Positions 26,071 to 39,770 of a stretch of 64,000 nucleotides of DNA are shown in pieces; the stretch's first letter is position 1; each line of letters begins with the position of its first letter. The position numbers were made by a program, and so were the translations under genes. Origin of the DNA: Dipteris shenzhenensis (Eukaryota). Under the pieces are notes generated by a model that saw nothing but the letters and a program-made list of their open reading frames with translations, was not told the DNA's origin and made no database searches. The stretch lies in the NCBI GenBank assembly GCA_047967505.1, contig CM106538.1, one strand, 5' to 3'.

Positions 26071-26994
26071 GAATGGTCTCCATTTGGTATTTCCATGTGC
26101 CATAATTGGAGTTGTCTAGCTTAGTAGATGCCTCTAGATTGAGGTTGCTAGTCATAGAAATGGTGCAAGAGATGTACTTAAAGTGTCATGAAAATCACCG
26201 TCTGAATCAACTGCAAAACACTGACTCTGGTAAGTGAAGTCTGAACTATTGGTGAAGGTAGAAATAAAATATATATTCCAATCTGAATCACAAGGCTTGT
26301 GGAAAATGATGCTGGGAATAGCCAAGAGGCTTTACAAGGCTCAAAATGATGTGCACAAATGCCTGATTAAAGGCTTCACATTAATGTTGGCAATGTGAAG
26401 TGAAAATGTGCTATAGTCTTCAATTTGCCCACTGATACAATGTGCCCATACCACTAAAGATTGCTCACTGAATTGATGAACGTCAGGTTTCAGGTAATGT
26501 GATGATGTGAAACCGTATGTGAGCATAGGGATTGACTCCAAGTAGGAACTAGTCGGGACTTTTGGACATGGCTTAGATTGGCAACTTGAACTATCTCCTC
26601 TATGGCGGTCTAGTCTACTTTGATCTAGATCTAGACCAACTATCAATCGAAGAAAAGAAAAGCAAATAATTTCTTTTTATTTGGTTCTTTTTATATGTTG
26701 GGTCAGATGTGTCGATGTAAAGGTGGATGTACGTGAAAGAAGTGGATTTGTCGATGAGGTTCAAAAGTGAGTGATACTTGCACCAAAATGTGTGCATAAT
26801 GTGATGAGCGTGTAGAGCACAAAAAATCGAGTGATTTTACTTTTTGAAGCGCCCTCAAATTCTTCCTGGATCAAGAGATACGACTTGATCTAGGTGGAGG
26901 GGCAAAAAAAGAGTGCAAAGTGATGTGGCCATTGTGTTCACATGCAAGGGTGTGCCTGCCAAGAGGTGTGCCAGTGGAGGAGTGTGCTGATCTA

Positions 26995-28690
26995 TCCAAA
27001 GCCAGGTCCTAGTTGCAAAAGTATTTGCACAGCAATATGGTCACGATTATGATGAGACTTATGCTCCAGTAGCAAAGATGGATTCCATATGGTTCTTGAT
27101 ATCACTAGCGACACAAGCAGTAGATGGAATGTGTGCCAGTTCGATGTCAAGATTGCATTTCTCAATGGTTACCTAGATGAGGATGTCTAAATGCAAGAAC
27201 CAGTAGGTTATGTTGAACCAGGAAAGGAGAATCAGGTTTGCCATCTTAAGAAAAATCTCTACAGCTTAAAGCAAGCACCCAAAAGTTGGTACAGCAGAAT
27301 CAACGAGTATTTTGCTGATCTGGGATACATGAAATCCAATGAAAATCATACTCTCTATTATAAAGTTCAAGGGGAAGACATCAATATTACACTTTTGTAT
27401 GTAGATGATCTGATTGTGACCGGAAGCAAGGATAGCTTCATCGAGAAATTAAAACAAGACTTATCTACAGAGTTCGACATGAAAGATCTTAGACTTATGC
27501 ACTATTGTCTTGGAATTGAGTCTTGGAGAGATTCAGACAATGCCTTTATGAGTCAGCCCAAATATGTTCATGACAGTCTCCTGAAGAAGTTTCATATGGT
27601 AGATTGTCAGATTGCAGCCAGTCCCATGGAATAGAGTTTGAAACGTACTAAAGATTTAGAAAAGCCTACAGTCAATGATAGGTACTACCGGCAGCTCATT
27701 GAATCTCTTATATATCCAACTATCACACGGCTAGATAATTGTTATGCAGTAAGTTCACTTGCACAGTTTATGGAAAATCCAAAATAGTCTCACTCGAATG
27801 CAGCCAAAAGAGTCTTGAGATACATCATGGGGAAAAGATAGTTTGGGATAGAATATAGAGGAAGTCATCCAAGGTGCATGGATACCGTGACAGTGACTAT
27901 GTTGGAGATCATGACACCAAGAGATCGACATAGGAATATACATTTTTCCTTGGTCAAGGTGCTATATCATGGTTGTCAAACAAACAACCAACTGTTTCTT
28001 TGTCTTTGACTAAAGCAGAATATAGGGCACTCACTATAGGTGCATGTGAGGCTATATGGCTCAAAAGAGTATTGTTGGAAATAGGTTACTTTGATGAATC
28101 AAAGCCAACAACAATATACTTTGATAATCAATCAGCTCAAGCATTGGCCAAGAATCTAGTATATCACTCCAAGACAAAGCACATTGATGTCAGAGAGCAC
28201 TTCATCAGAGAAAGAGTGTTACTTGTCGGTGATATCACACAGCAACATTATGATAGCAAAGAGAATGTTTTAGACATCTTTACCAAACCACTCGGTAAAG
28301 AGATTTTTGAGAAACACCGACAAGCTCTTGGTTTGACTCAAAGGAAGGACATTCCCATTATAGGGGGGTGATGGAATGTAATTCTCAGTCCTTCTTCAAT
28401 TCCCCAGAAACATCATCTTGAGGGAAGGCCTACTTCATGATGTTGATCTTGAGGGAAGGTGTTGTGAGACCATGCTCAACATCATGTGATTACATGTGCA
28501 TAGCACTAACACATATAGAGTGCTATACATGAAAGGGTTAGATGCCCTAACCCTAATCCTAAATGGGTTTGTATACATTCTACATTTTTAACCAAATCTA
28601 GTATACAGTTAGTCATTTGTGATGTGCTCACTAGGTGTGCCCTCTCTCCTCATCTCCACTCTTCTCCTCTCCCCTCTTCATATTTTGTCA
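26995..28690 (+). mobile_element. Ty1/Copia copy B (RT-RNaseH-PPT-3' LTR only)
   Basis: YSLKQAPKSWY, LYVDDLIVTG, YHSKTKHIDVREHFIRE. LTR 28460-28690 (TG...CA) follows gagggaagg. Confidence 0.92.
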
Positions 28691-29024
28691 AAAAGACCCA
28701 AAGAACAGCAATCAAACTGGCCTAGGAGCCAATCATGCAGTGAAAGTGCTCCGATAGCCCCAAATGAAAGGGCAAAATCATGAAGAAATGACGGGAGAAA
28801 ATCTTGAAGCCCTGACCATAGGAAAAGACCCGATAGAAGGTACGTACAAAGAAATAGATGGCCACCTCCTGCCCCAACAAGGAGAGATAAATAATCAGGG
28901 CAATCCCATGCTGGCACAAGGAGATAGAAATATGGAAAAGATGGCATACTCTAGCTAGCAAAGGGACAAACGATCAACATAAACACCGCACCTCGGGTCA
29001 ATTGCTGCTGCGAATTACAATCAA

Positions 29025-29789
29025 GTGCCTTTGTCAAATCACAATTATGGAAGGAGCTCTTCAGAAGATGTGCAAGAGCTAGGAAGGATGAGAAGAAGAA
29101 GAATTCGCTTCTTCTTTGTCCATACTTCATGTCATCTTGGGGAACAAGAATTGTCTACAATCACGTATCATGAAGATGCCCAAGCCCATGCTACCAATGC
29201 TGATCTATGGAAAAACCACAAAGGAGACATACATGCAGACAAAAAAGCGCGTAGGGCTCTGTTAGACAGTGGTTTCCATGGTCTAGAAAAAGATGCCTCC
29301 GTCGATGATGAAGATGCAAAAGAAAACCATAACCAAGAATATGATGCAGTGGCTGATTTTGAGGATAATCAAAATTTTCACGTTGAAGAAAATGGAAGCT
29401 ACAATAGACATGATGGTGATGATCTAGAGTCTCAGAATGACTCTCAAGAAGTAAATGAGAATGTAGATGATCCAGAACACGATCAACAAGTTGACGATCT
29501 TGAAAATGAAGAAGATCACTATGAATATGGTGACAATCCCGATGAAGATGACCACGAACAAGGAGATAGTGATGACGATCAAGAAGACACTTTAGAGTTC
29601 AATGAAGGACAGCAGGAGTACCTCGAGCCAGTATTCTTTTTCATTCTCTTGAGGGGGAATGAAATGTATCAAGTTCATGAAAAACTAATTGATACTACAA
29701 CAGCTCCATGGAAGACAATGATTGGATTAAAAATGAAGATGAAGTTAATCATGCTGGTTATCATTCAAGCAACATTAGATCCAGGGTAG
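29025..29789 (+). other. Asp/Glu-rich low-complexity ORF of unknown origin
   Basis: 254-aa ORF with a long D/E/N/Q-rich tract, non-ATG start and no recognisable domain. Probably a transposon remnant. Confidence 0.25.
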
Positions 29790-30244
29790 ACTTAGCATAT
29801 AATTGACGATTCAACTGAGGTCACCTCCAACATGAAAATTGGTGCACATAATAACAATCACACATCCTTACTCTATTACTCATAAGACTGGTATTGGAAG
29901 ACGTAATGTCTCATTCACGCACACGACAGTGATCCGAGAGGTTACACCTCTTCATAACCGGTACCTGCAATGCTCCTACAAGATGTAACCGAATCAATCA
30001 ATCTACACACAATTCTATTCTACCCGTATGAGCGGCAACGCTATACACGAACTCAATTAGCATGAGCAGCGTGGCGAAACCGGGCTCTGCACCTTCAATT
30101 AGAAAGGGATGGCATAGTTTCTGACAAGAAAATTATACGTGGAAAGCTTCAATATAATAAATGACAGAATGTTAACTAGCAGAGCTGCATGCATGCAATA
30201 TTGTTGTGACGTTGTTGAAGCTGGCGCTGATCTCTCTCCACGTT

Positions 30245-30500
30245 GCAGTCAACGAAGGTTGCATGAATGATAAAATCAACCAAGGTGCAAGCAACGAAGG
30301 TTGCATGGACGATAAAATCAACAAGGTTGCAAGCAACGAAGGTTGCATGGACGATAAAATCAACAAGCTGGCGCTCTCTGGGGCTTCTCTCGCGACTTTG
30401 CAAGCAACGAAGGTTGCATGAACGATAAAATCAACCAAAGTGGCAAGCAACGAAGGTTGAAAGAATGACAAAATCAACGATCGTTGCATGACTAATAAAA
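30245..30500. repeat. ~39-bp minisatellite upstream of OPT3
   Basis: gcaacgaaggttgcatgRacgataaaatcaac repeated 5-6 times. Confidence 0.88.
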
Positions 30501-30783
30501 TCAACTATACGTGAGTGTGAGATAAGGGCTGCAGGGAAGGCTGTGACAGTTGATCATAAAGCCTAGATATAACCAGAGATGAGAGCTGCATAGGCCAGTT
30601 GAAAGCTTCATCGGATAAAACTTTCCTTTGTCCTTGAAGACAGAATCCTCCAACACGTGATTGTCTCTCTCCTCCTCATTTCGCCTGCAGCCCTTTTCAT
30701 GTATCAAAACCTCCAACATCTGTAACTTTCGTCTTCTGCACCAAGCTCCCAAACTTGTTTCTCGATCGTTTGCTTCATTGAAA

Positions 30784-33700
30784 ATGGAAGGTGATTGTTC
30801 CGCCGAAAGAACTGCCCATACCAACCCGGCCAGTACCGGCCCTCATGGTGCGCCTGCAGTTCAATCCTCAGTGGAAGAAGTTGCTCTTATTGTCCCAGTC
30901 ACAGATGATTCCTCTTTGCCTGTCATGACTTTCAGGATGTGGGTTCTTGGCGTCCTATCCTGCATTCTTTTGATGTTTTTTAACACGTTCTTCGCCTACC
31001 GCACTCAGCCTCTCACAGTGTCGGCTACATTTGCTCAAATAGCTGTCCTTCCAATCGGTCGATTTATGGCAGCTGTCCTTCCCAGAACCCAATTTAGAGT
31101 GCCCTTGCTTGATTCAAGCTTTTCTCTTAATCCAGGACCATTCAACATAAAGGAGCACGTCCTCATTAGCATTTTTGCAAACGCTGGCGTGTCGTTTGGC
31201 GGTGGAGATGCATACTCCGTCGGGGCAATCAATATAATGAAAGCGTTCTACAAAAAGAATATTCACTTCATTATGGGCCTGCTGATTGTGCTGACAACGC
31301 AAGTAAAGTTTTTCTTTTTTTCTTCTTTCTTTTATTATTTTGGGGTCCTTGCCCTTGACTTAATTAGGAGTATCAAGCCAGTACGTCAGGCCCTACAATC
31401 TCATCTCGTCAGATAGTTTTATTTAAGGATTGTGTTTGTTTGTGCCTGAAAAGGTGCTTGGGTACGGATGGGCTGGCATGTTTCGAAGATACCTAGTTCA
31501 ACCAGCACATATGTGGTGGCCCTCGAACTTACTTCAAGTCTCCCTCTTCAGGTGTGGGCTTATTATCGTCTTATACCTTATGCAGTGCATGGATATTCAT
31601 TCGTAATCAGCAAAATCGGGAATTCACTTTGGCTTTGCGAATAAATCTGTTAATTCCAACGGTCGAGCCTTGAGGATGCAGTGGATAATTATTAATGAGA
31701 TGTTTTCAATTGCATGCATTTCAGGACCCTACATGAGAATGACGTCCGTACAAGAAAGGGATTGACTAGAATGCAGTTCTTTTTTATTGCCACAATGGTT
31801 AGCTTCACCTATTATACATTACCAGGCTACTTATTCAGTGTCCTTACATTTCTATCCTGGATATGCTGGATTTCGCCTCGCAATGTTAAGGCAAATCAAA
31901 TTGGTTCTGGTTTTCATGGTTTGGGTATGGGAGCAATCTCACTAGACTGGGCTGGAGTATCATCCTATCTTGGGAGCCCACTTGTTACACCATGGTGTTC
32001 GATTGCCAACATTGGCATTGGCTTTATGCTCTTCATCTACCTTGTTGTGCCGGCTGCATATTGGGGGAACTTGTATGAAGCAAAGACGTTTGCACTATAT
32101 TCAAGTCAGCTTTACACAGACCGAGGAAGCAATTACAACATCTCTCACGTGTTGACCCCGGATTTTACTTTTGATATCCAGGCCTACAAGAACTATAGCA
32201 ACGTATACTTGAGCACCCTTTTTGCCCTTTCCATAGGGTTTGGATTTGCAAGGATTGCTGCTACTCTTACTCATGTGGCTTTGTTCCATGGAAAGTACGT
32301 AATCTGACACAGATCTTCCAATCAAATATGGGAAAGTCTGCTTCTTGTTATTACCTATTGCTTGCATGCGGTTTGACATTTTATTTTGGCAGGGAAATCC
32401 TTGAGCGTAGTCGATTTGCCATGAAGGACGAGAACTCAGATGTACACTCACAACTAATGGGACAATACATGGAAGTTCCTCAGAGCTGGTTTATAATCCT
32501 TCTATTGGTCAGTCTTGCAATTTCCCTTATGGTCTCCATTGTTTGGGAGGAGGATGTTCAGCTTCCATGGTGGGGTGTGCTTTTGGCTTGTGGCATTGCA
32601 TCACTTTTCACTCTTCCCATTGGGGTAATCACAGCAACAACCAACCAGGTTTCTTTCCTCTCAAACTTTGCAGTTCTCTTTTATTCTTCATTGAAAGGCA
32701 TGAGTGATCCGGATTCTCTTCAAGTCGAAACTTTTGTCCAGTTCCATAAGTGTGATGTTTTGGACTCTCTCACTAGACAATAATTTGATGAGCTGTGGGA
32801 TCTAATTGAAACAGCACCCTGGATTCAATGTTTTGGCCGAGTTTTTGATTGGCTATCTACTTCCAGGGAGGCCCATAGCAAACACCATATTCAAGACATA
32901 TGGCAGAATAAGTATGACTCATGCTGTATCATTCCTAGCCGACCTAAAGCTTGGTCACTACATGAAGATTCCACCAAGATGCATGTATACAGCACAGGTG
33001 ATCTTCATTGTGATTGCAATTAGCATTATCTTTGCATTATAACTTTTTGTGTGGCCTCATCTCTTTCACTAATTGCACCTGCCAGTAACCTGGGCCTGCT
33101 TATACACACACATTCATGCACAAACAGGTCACAAAAGCAGGTTCACATAAGTATTCACAAAATTAATACTAGAACATAGTTCAAAAATCTTGCCGGAAAA
33201 ACATTGTTCTCCTCTATTGGAAGCTCACGTACGTGTAATCTGTCTACAGCTTGTGGGCACATTGATTGCCGGTACAGTCAACATGTGTGTTGCATGGTGG
33301 ATGCTTACTTCGATTCAATCCATTTGCGATCTGAATAAACTTCCTCCTGGGAGCCCTTGGACATGCCCCAAAGACCATGTTGCATTTGATTCCTCTGTCC
33401 TGTGGGGCCTCATAGGGCCAAGACATCTCTTTGGATCACTTGGCATTTACAAGAACCTCACCTGGTTTTTTCTGTTTGGGGCTTTCCTACCTGTTATAAT
33501 TTGGATTCTTAGCAAAGTCTTTCCAAGATCAGGTTGGATAGCTCTAATCAATATTCCAGTGCTGCTTGGAGGATTTTCAAGCACGCCTCCAGCCAGGCCT
33601 GTAAACATTGCAACATGGTTACTAGTAGGCACGTTTTTCAACTGCTACATTTTTCATTTCAGGAAAAGATGGTGGCAACGGTACAATTATGTACTTTCTG

Positions 33701-33864
33701 CAGCTCTTGATGCTGGTACCGCATTTATGGGAGTACTACTTTATTTCACACTTGGGTTGACAGAGAAAAAACTTCATTGGTGGGGCACAGAGATTGATCA
33801 TTGCCCGCTTGCTACATGCCCCACTGCCTCAGGTATTGTGGTTAAAGGATGCCCAGTGTTCTGA
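30784..33864 (+). CDS. OPT3: Oligopeptide transporter, OPT3-like (iron/metal homeostasis). Exons 30784-31302, 31454-31551, 31725-32294, 32393-32648, 32815-32997, 33250-33864
   Basis: All five introns are GT-AG. Exons sum to 2241 nt (746 aa plus stop) without internal stops. OPT motifs [10 protein letters not shown] and [13 protein letters not shown] are present, with OPT3-like [16 protein letters not shown] and C-terminal [22 protein letters not shown]. Confidence 0.93.
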
Positions 33865-36800
33865 CCGGGGTTAGATAAATATCCTGGGGAAAATTCAAAA
33901 CAGGCTTAGATGGAAAGAATTCTGGAAACCACCATTTTGGGGGTAGCTCAGAGGAGAAACTTTATCTTAAAGATTTTAAATTGCACATTTCTAGACTCTT
34001 TAGGCATTATGGTGAGACTGTCTATTGGGCTGTGCATAAACTTGTTCAAATCTGACAAGATTATTGAAGATCACAGCAGAGGCCCGACCCAAAAAAGAAC
34101 AGGTTGACAACTCTATTTGCTTAAATCGAATTTGCTAAATCTAAAGAAGGTTGCTATTACTGCAATTAGTTTTGATATATGATGCTTGCCTTGCTCCTGG
34201 AGAACAAATTGTAATCGAACACGTAAATTTTTACAGTCTAGTCCTCACTGTTTGAGCAGGCCTGTTCCTTATTATATTTGACTTCAGCCTTATTTTGGAA
34301 GCTTGTCTCTAACGTTTCCTTGTCTATGCAAAGGAATGATTCAATCCAAACGGAGCTCTTCCCAACTGTTGGGGGTTGTAAGGGACACTTAGACCACATT
34401 TGTAAAGATTTAACATGGGATACATTGTTATTCACTACATCTCGGTCCTTTAATTTGCTGCATGAATTGCATTTGTTGGCCAATTGGGCCAAATCATTTG
34501 TGATAGAGGCCTATGGCAAATTTGGCAGACACTTTTTGATGTGGTCCAAGTGCTTGGCAAGGCACTTTATGACCTTTTCCATACTCATACAGTGTTGAAA
34601 TACTTCAGCTCGTGTCCTTGTCATGTTCCTAGCTCCTACCATGAGGTAGGATAGCCACATGACCAGGTTGTGTGAAGTTACGAGGAAACAGCAAAAACTA
34701 TGCATGATACTTGCTAAAATGGATGAAACACATGCTCCCATTTCATCTGACCACACGCATGCATGCTCATGCTACGGGCATAATTTTGGTTCGCAAAGGT
34801 GATTTTAAGTGAATGTATTCCACATATTCATCTCCAATATATTGTCACCATATTGTGAGCAAGTTGTATCGCCAAGTATGTCCTCTCCTCTCCTCAACAC
34901 TATCGCCCCACCTGCTGCTACATAAATGTTGCTTCAGTCTCGATTATTCACAAGTTTAGTGGTTAGTGCTCATCGCCTATTCCAAGGAGTGGCCAGGGTA
35001 GTATGCTCCATCGCTTGATAGCATGAGAATACTTCAAAATATGATGAGGCCTTCATCAAGTGTTGTTTGATATACAAAGGCTAAATGGTCCATTGAACAT
35101 GTGGTTACCTACCATCCATCATCGGTGACACGATGCATTGCCATGTAGCAGCATCTTCTACACGTTATAATGCAACCAATCCCTAGAAGGATCTCAATGG
35201 CAAGTAAAATCTGCCCATAGCCACTTGTGCAAGGGAATTTTTAGCTATCAATGATGGCATAGATGCTTCGTGAACTACACCATCCTCCTATAGTTACTTA
35301 GCACTAGATCAACAATCTAACATCTCCCATCGCAATATAAATGGGCACATGAAGAGGGATTTGGATAACATGCCAAGGAAAAGATTCACATAGCATGCCT
35401 TAAGAAACTTATTGCAATTTTCTTTCTCTAATAATGCATCTATAAATGGCATCTAGATATGTTGGTATATGTGCAATACCCACCTCTCATATGTAACCAC
35501 CAATGTTCCATAGTGCCCTTTTGTAAGGCCCCCATTATGAGGAGAAGCCATGGTGTGAGCACTAGACATTGGTAGGATCCTAGTTTTGACACTAGATGAG
35601 GTTTCATGGTGACCATTTGATGGTTAGGAGATGGTAGAAGGAACAACGTACTACTCCGGGGTTTGGGGGCGTGCCTCCAACGTTTAGATTCGATATGCCC
35701 TCCGTTGCATGCGCGCGAGCATTCACGTGTAAATTTGCTTATGTGCACGTGGTCGATGATCTATGATCAATGGTCTTTGGTCGGTGGCGAAATTCAATCA
35801 AACATGTGCCACCGTCCTCACACTTAGTCACGCAATGTGCTAAGTCAATATGTATGTGCCACCACTAGCCCACCAGTGTGGTGGAATCGGTCTACTATGA
35901 AGGGCTATATAAGGAGGCCATTTCCCAAGCCTCGACATCGAATGCCAATACGCCTACCCCAAGTTCTTCTCCATCCAGAGTCTGCTGTCTAGATTGCCAT
36001 CTTGGGGGGTGCACTGCTAAGAAATCGTATGTATCACATGTTGAATGCACGTGGTACACTAAAAGTTTTGGAGGTGAACCCCACGAGATCGCCATCAAAG
36101 CTCTACTAGAAAGTGCCTCGGTGGACAACACCATCAGTTGTATCTTATTTGATCGATATGAAATTTTTATTTTGCTCTACTGTGTCTATTCTTTGGTTAT
36201 TGTACTATCATTGTTATCAATGATCTCTTCACAGCATCGTATTTCTATAAGATATTGGCATACAACGGTGTAATGCAACATGAGTTGGCCCGAGACCTAG
36301 GCACATATGTCAAGGAGCATTCAAAAGTCATTTCTAGTGCATTGAGATATTTTGGTACAAGCTCTTTACTGAGACTTTACTTTAATATTATGATGTGCTT
36401 GCTCTTGCTGGTTTCACTTATATTGACCTTGAACTAGGAATATTCGTCCTCCTCTCACATCCCTTTTGGATGTGAAACAGAAGGAAGCAAGGCCTAAGAG
36501 ATTTGGTGCATTGACAAATCCACAAGCTTGAGATTGCCCACAAAGTGTGACAAGATATGTCTTGTCCATTGGATGACACCTTGCTTTTGTGCTCTGGGTG
36601 GTTCTCATTTCCCACTATCTTCTTTTGCTTATAGCTCTGTATATCTTTAGAAGAGCAATAGAAAACCAAAGCAGCTAATTTGAAATTTCAAATGCTTACA
36701 TGCCATTCAAAGTACTTGATCCACCAACTGCATCTCTCCCTTTTCCATTTGCTAAGAATGCTCTGCTAAAATAGTATAATTGAATTCAATCCCATAGTAA

Positions 36801-37550
36801 TCAATGAGGGAACTACAGTGAGGGATTGCTTGCATCCTCTGCGCGCTCTCTCAATAGAACGAGATACTACAGAGAAACAGAGTTTTAATGCATAAGGATC
36901 ATTTAAAGGATATGGAGCCACTCCCAAAAGGACAATATGTATGATCTTGAAACACAACAATGCTACCTGCAAATGACCCACCGTGAATTTTATGAGATTC
37001 ATTGTCACAAAATTGGTTGCTTTTCACTCTTCATTTTTCCCCCTAACTATTCTAAAGCACCTTCTTTGTGGACATGCTTCGTCTCCTTCAACTCTCCACA
37101 AGTATCAGGCACATGATAGTCCTTTTGTTTCTAGACCCGTTGTTGAATCATACAGCTACTCCCACTAGATCAACCTCAAGAAATCCATAGCCTAAAGTAC
37201 TAATTTACACTAGGCATATAGACAAAATTTAACTAGAATTTATCGCACCCTCTTTCAAAGCTAGTGGCAAGTACAATTATACCATTCAGGTTTTATCTTT
37301 GATGACAGGATAATCATAAGCTTGGCAAGCCTTTGGCAAGTCACATATGAAGTACTTTGGTCTGGTCGATTTTGTAGTAAACAACAAATAACTCTTTACT
37401 ATTAGAGGGAATTGAAATTGTAGCAATTTAGTATGCCTTGGGCTTTAGGCCATCCTCTTATTTCTTTATGTTAGCCTCTCTAACTTCCTGGACCTATTGA
37501 AAGCTTGTACCACATAAATCCTCCACACCAAGGGTTCATTTGCTTCCCTT

Positions 37551-39770
37551 TTTTTTGCTTGAGTGCTTTACATGTGTTTTTTAGTGCTATGACAAGGCTT
37601 TAGTGCTGCTTTGTCACTACTTGCTTTTGTGATTGGTTTGGTAGTATTTTAGCAAAGCTCTGTATGTGGTTTGGATGTTATTTGCATGTGCTTTTGACTT
37701 GTTAGATTCTGCTAAGAATTGCTTAGTGAGACTGCTTTACCACTGCTTTCCTTTTAAATTTTGCTTTTTGACAACTTGATTTTTTTATTGTTTGTCAATG
37801 CTTTGGCACTGCTTTTGCAGAGCTTTGCATGTGCTTAGTACTGCTTTGGCAGTGCTTTATGACTGCTTGTCCTTTTCTTGACTGCTTTATGAGTGCTTTT
37901 CCACTGCTTTCCACTTGTAATGTGCTTTGCATGAAATTTACAAGTTCTATGTAACTGCTTTGAAAGTGCCTTAACATTGATTTGTGGCTGCTTGCCCAAT
38001 TGCTTTCTATTTGAAGAGTGATTTACATATGCTTTGCATCTGCTTTGGCAGAGATTTACATGTGCTTTGGTAGTGCTTTGCATGTTCTTGTTACTTCTTT
38101 GGCAGTGCTTTATGACTGCTTGTCCTTTTCTTGATTGCTTTATGAGTGCTTTTCCACTGCTTTCTACTGGTAATGTTCTTTACATGAAATTTACAAGTTC
38201 TTTGTAAGTGCTTTGTGTGACTACTTTGAAAGTGCCTTAACATTGATTTATGGTTGCTTGTCCACTGCTTTCTATTTGAAGAGTTCTTTACATGTGCTTT
38301 GGCAGAGCTTTACATGTGCTTTGCATGTGCTTGTTACTGCTTTGGCAGTGCTTTATGACTACTTGCCCTTTTCTTGACTGCTTTATGAGTGCTTTTTCAC
38401 TGCTTTCTATTGGTAATGTGCTTTGCATGAAATTTACAAGTTCTCTATAAATAACTGCTTTGAAAGTGCCTTAACATTGATTTGTGGATGCTTGTCTATT
38501 GCTTTCTATTTGAAGAGTGCTTTACATGTCCTTTGCATGTGCTTTGGTAGAGCTTTATATGTGCTTTGACAATGCTTTTCATGTGCTTTACATGTGCTTT
38601 GCATGTGCTTGTTACAGCTTTGGCAGTGCTTTATGACTGCTTGTCCTTTTTTTGACTGCTTTATGAGTGATTTTCCACTGCTTTCCACTTGTAATGTACA
38701 TTACATAATTTGTGACAACTTGTCCACTGCTTTCTATTTTTGGTAGCTTGTCCACTTCTTTCTATTTGAAGAGTGCTTTACATGTGCTTTGGCAGAGCTT
38801 TACATGTGCAAGTTGGCAGTGCTTTTTGCATGTGCTTGTTACTGCTTTGGCAGAGCTTTATGACTGCTTGTCCTTTTCTTGACTGCTTTATGAGTGCTTT
38901 AACATTGATTTGTGGCTACTTGCTCACTGCTTTCTATTCAGGGAGTGTTTTACATGTGCTTTTCAGTGCTATGACAATGCTTTAGTATTGCTTTGTCATT
39001 GCTTGCTTTTGTGATTGGTTTGGTAGTGTTTTAGCAAAGCTCTGTATGTGTTTTGGCATATTATTTGCATGTGCTTTTGACTTCTTATATTCTTAGCTTT
39101 TAAGCACAAAAAGCATACCGACCAAACGTGCTACCACCCACATAGAATATTCCATTACTCACAGTCCTGAAGTCTTTGTCTCCTTTTCACTATGTTGGTG
39201 GGTTGTTGGGCATCTTCATCTTTGTCTCCTCACTTGCCCAGTTGCCTAGAGTCCCAATCCTCATGGCACATGAAAAGAAACCCCAATCTAGCCACCACAA
39301 TGGCAAATTGCTTGTGTTGTGTGCTAGCCTTTGATGAAATTATAGATCTTTCCAAGTATAGTTCAACAGCCAAGGGAACATGATGAAGTGGAAGAGAGGA
39401 TAACAAAGAAGTGAAATGCTATATAGTGGGTTTATTTTCATGTGTTGAAGATGTGGACTGTCATATGCTAGTTAATGCTACTTAGGACCTAAATTATGAT
39501 GCTAGGGACTTGCTTTTGAAGTCCTTGAAAACAATCGTCATATCAAAAGCTTTTTGCCCAAGTCATTTACATGTGCTTTGGCAGTGCTTTGCATGTGCTT
39601 GTTACTGTTTTGACATTGCTTTATGACTGCTTTTTCTTGACTGCTTTATGAGGGCTTTTCCAATGCTTTCTACTTGTAATGTGCTTTGCATGAAATGTAC
39701 AAGTTCTCTATATGTTCTTTGTGAGATTGCTTTACAAGTTCTCTGTATGTCCATGGAGTGTTTTACATAT
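37551..39770 (+). repeat. Degenerate TGCTTT-rich satellite array
   Basis: Recurrent gtgctttgcatgtgctt and ggcagtgctttatgactgcttgtccttttcttgactgc in ~240-bp higher-order units. Interrupted at ~39100-39560. Confidence 0.85.

Larger units (their letters stand above)
19703..26990 (-). mobile_element. Ty1/Copia retrotransposon A: decayed, rearranged, carrying LINE and MITE insertions
   Basis: gag KLDNSNYGTWKYQM (26155), zinc knuckle CHKFGHYERDC, protease-like WYINSGASSHMT, integrase IHTDVWG/FIDDYSRYCWVYFLK, RT QLDVKNAFLNG/LYIDDLI, RNaseH SSTEVEY/IYCDNQSA. PPT and 3' LTR at 19703-19959. No 5' LTR found, so the right boundary is approximate. Confidence 0.92.

Noticed and set aside
19698-28695. Treating 19703-28690 as one element with a TSD
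   Set aside because: The flanks (ctaca / aaaag) do not match, the LTRs are inverted, and the hAT reading does not clearly resume.
30245-30500. Regular short repeats as a possible CRISPR array
   Set aside because: Units are directly tandem without unique spacers, there are no cas genes, and the context is eukaryotic.
30661-30783. N-terminal extension of OPT3 shown in the ORF track
   Set aside because: It starts at TTG. The first ATG at 30784 gives a normal OPT3 length.
34238-36437. Short ORFs downstream of OPT3
   Set aside because: No recognisable motifs or consistent splice model, so they are left unannotated.
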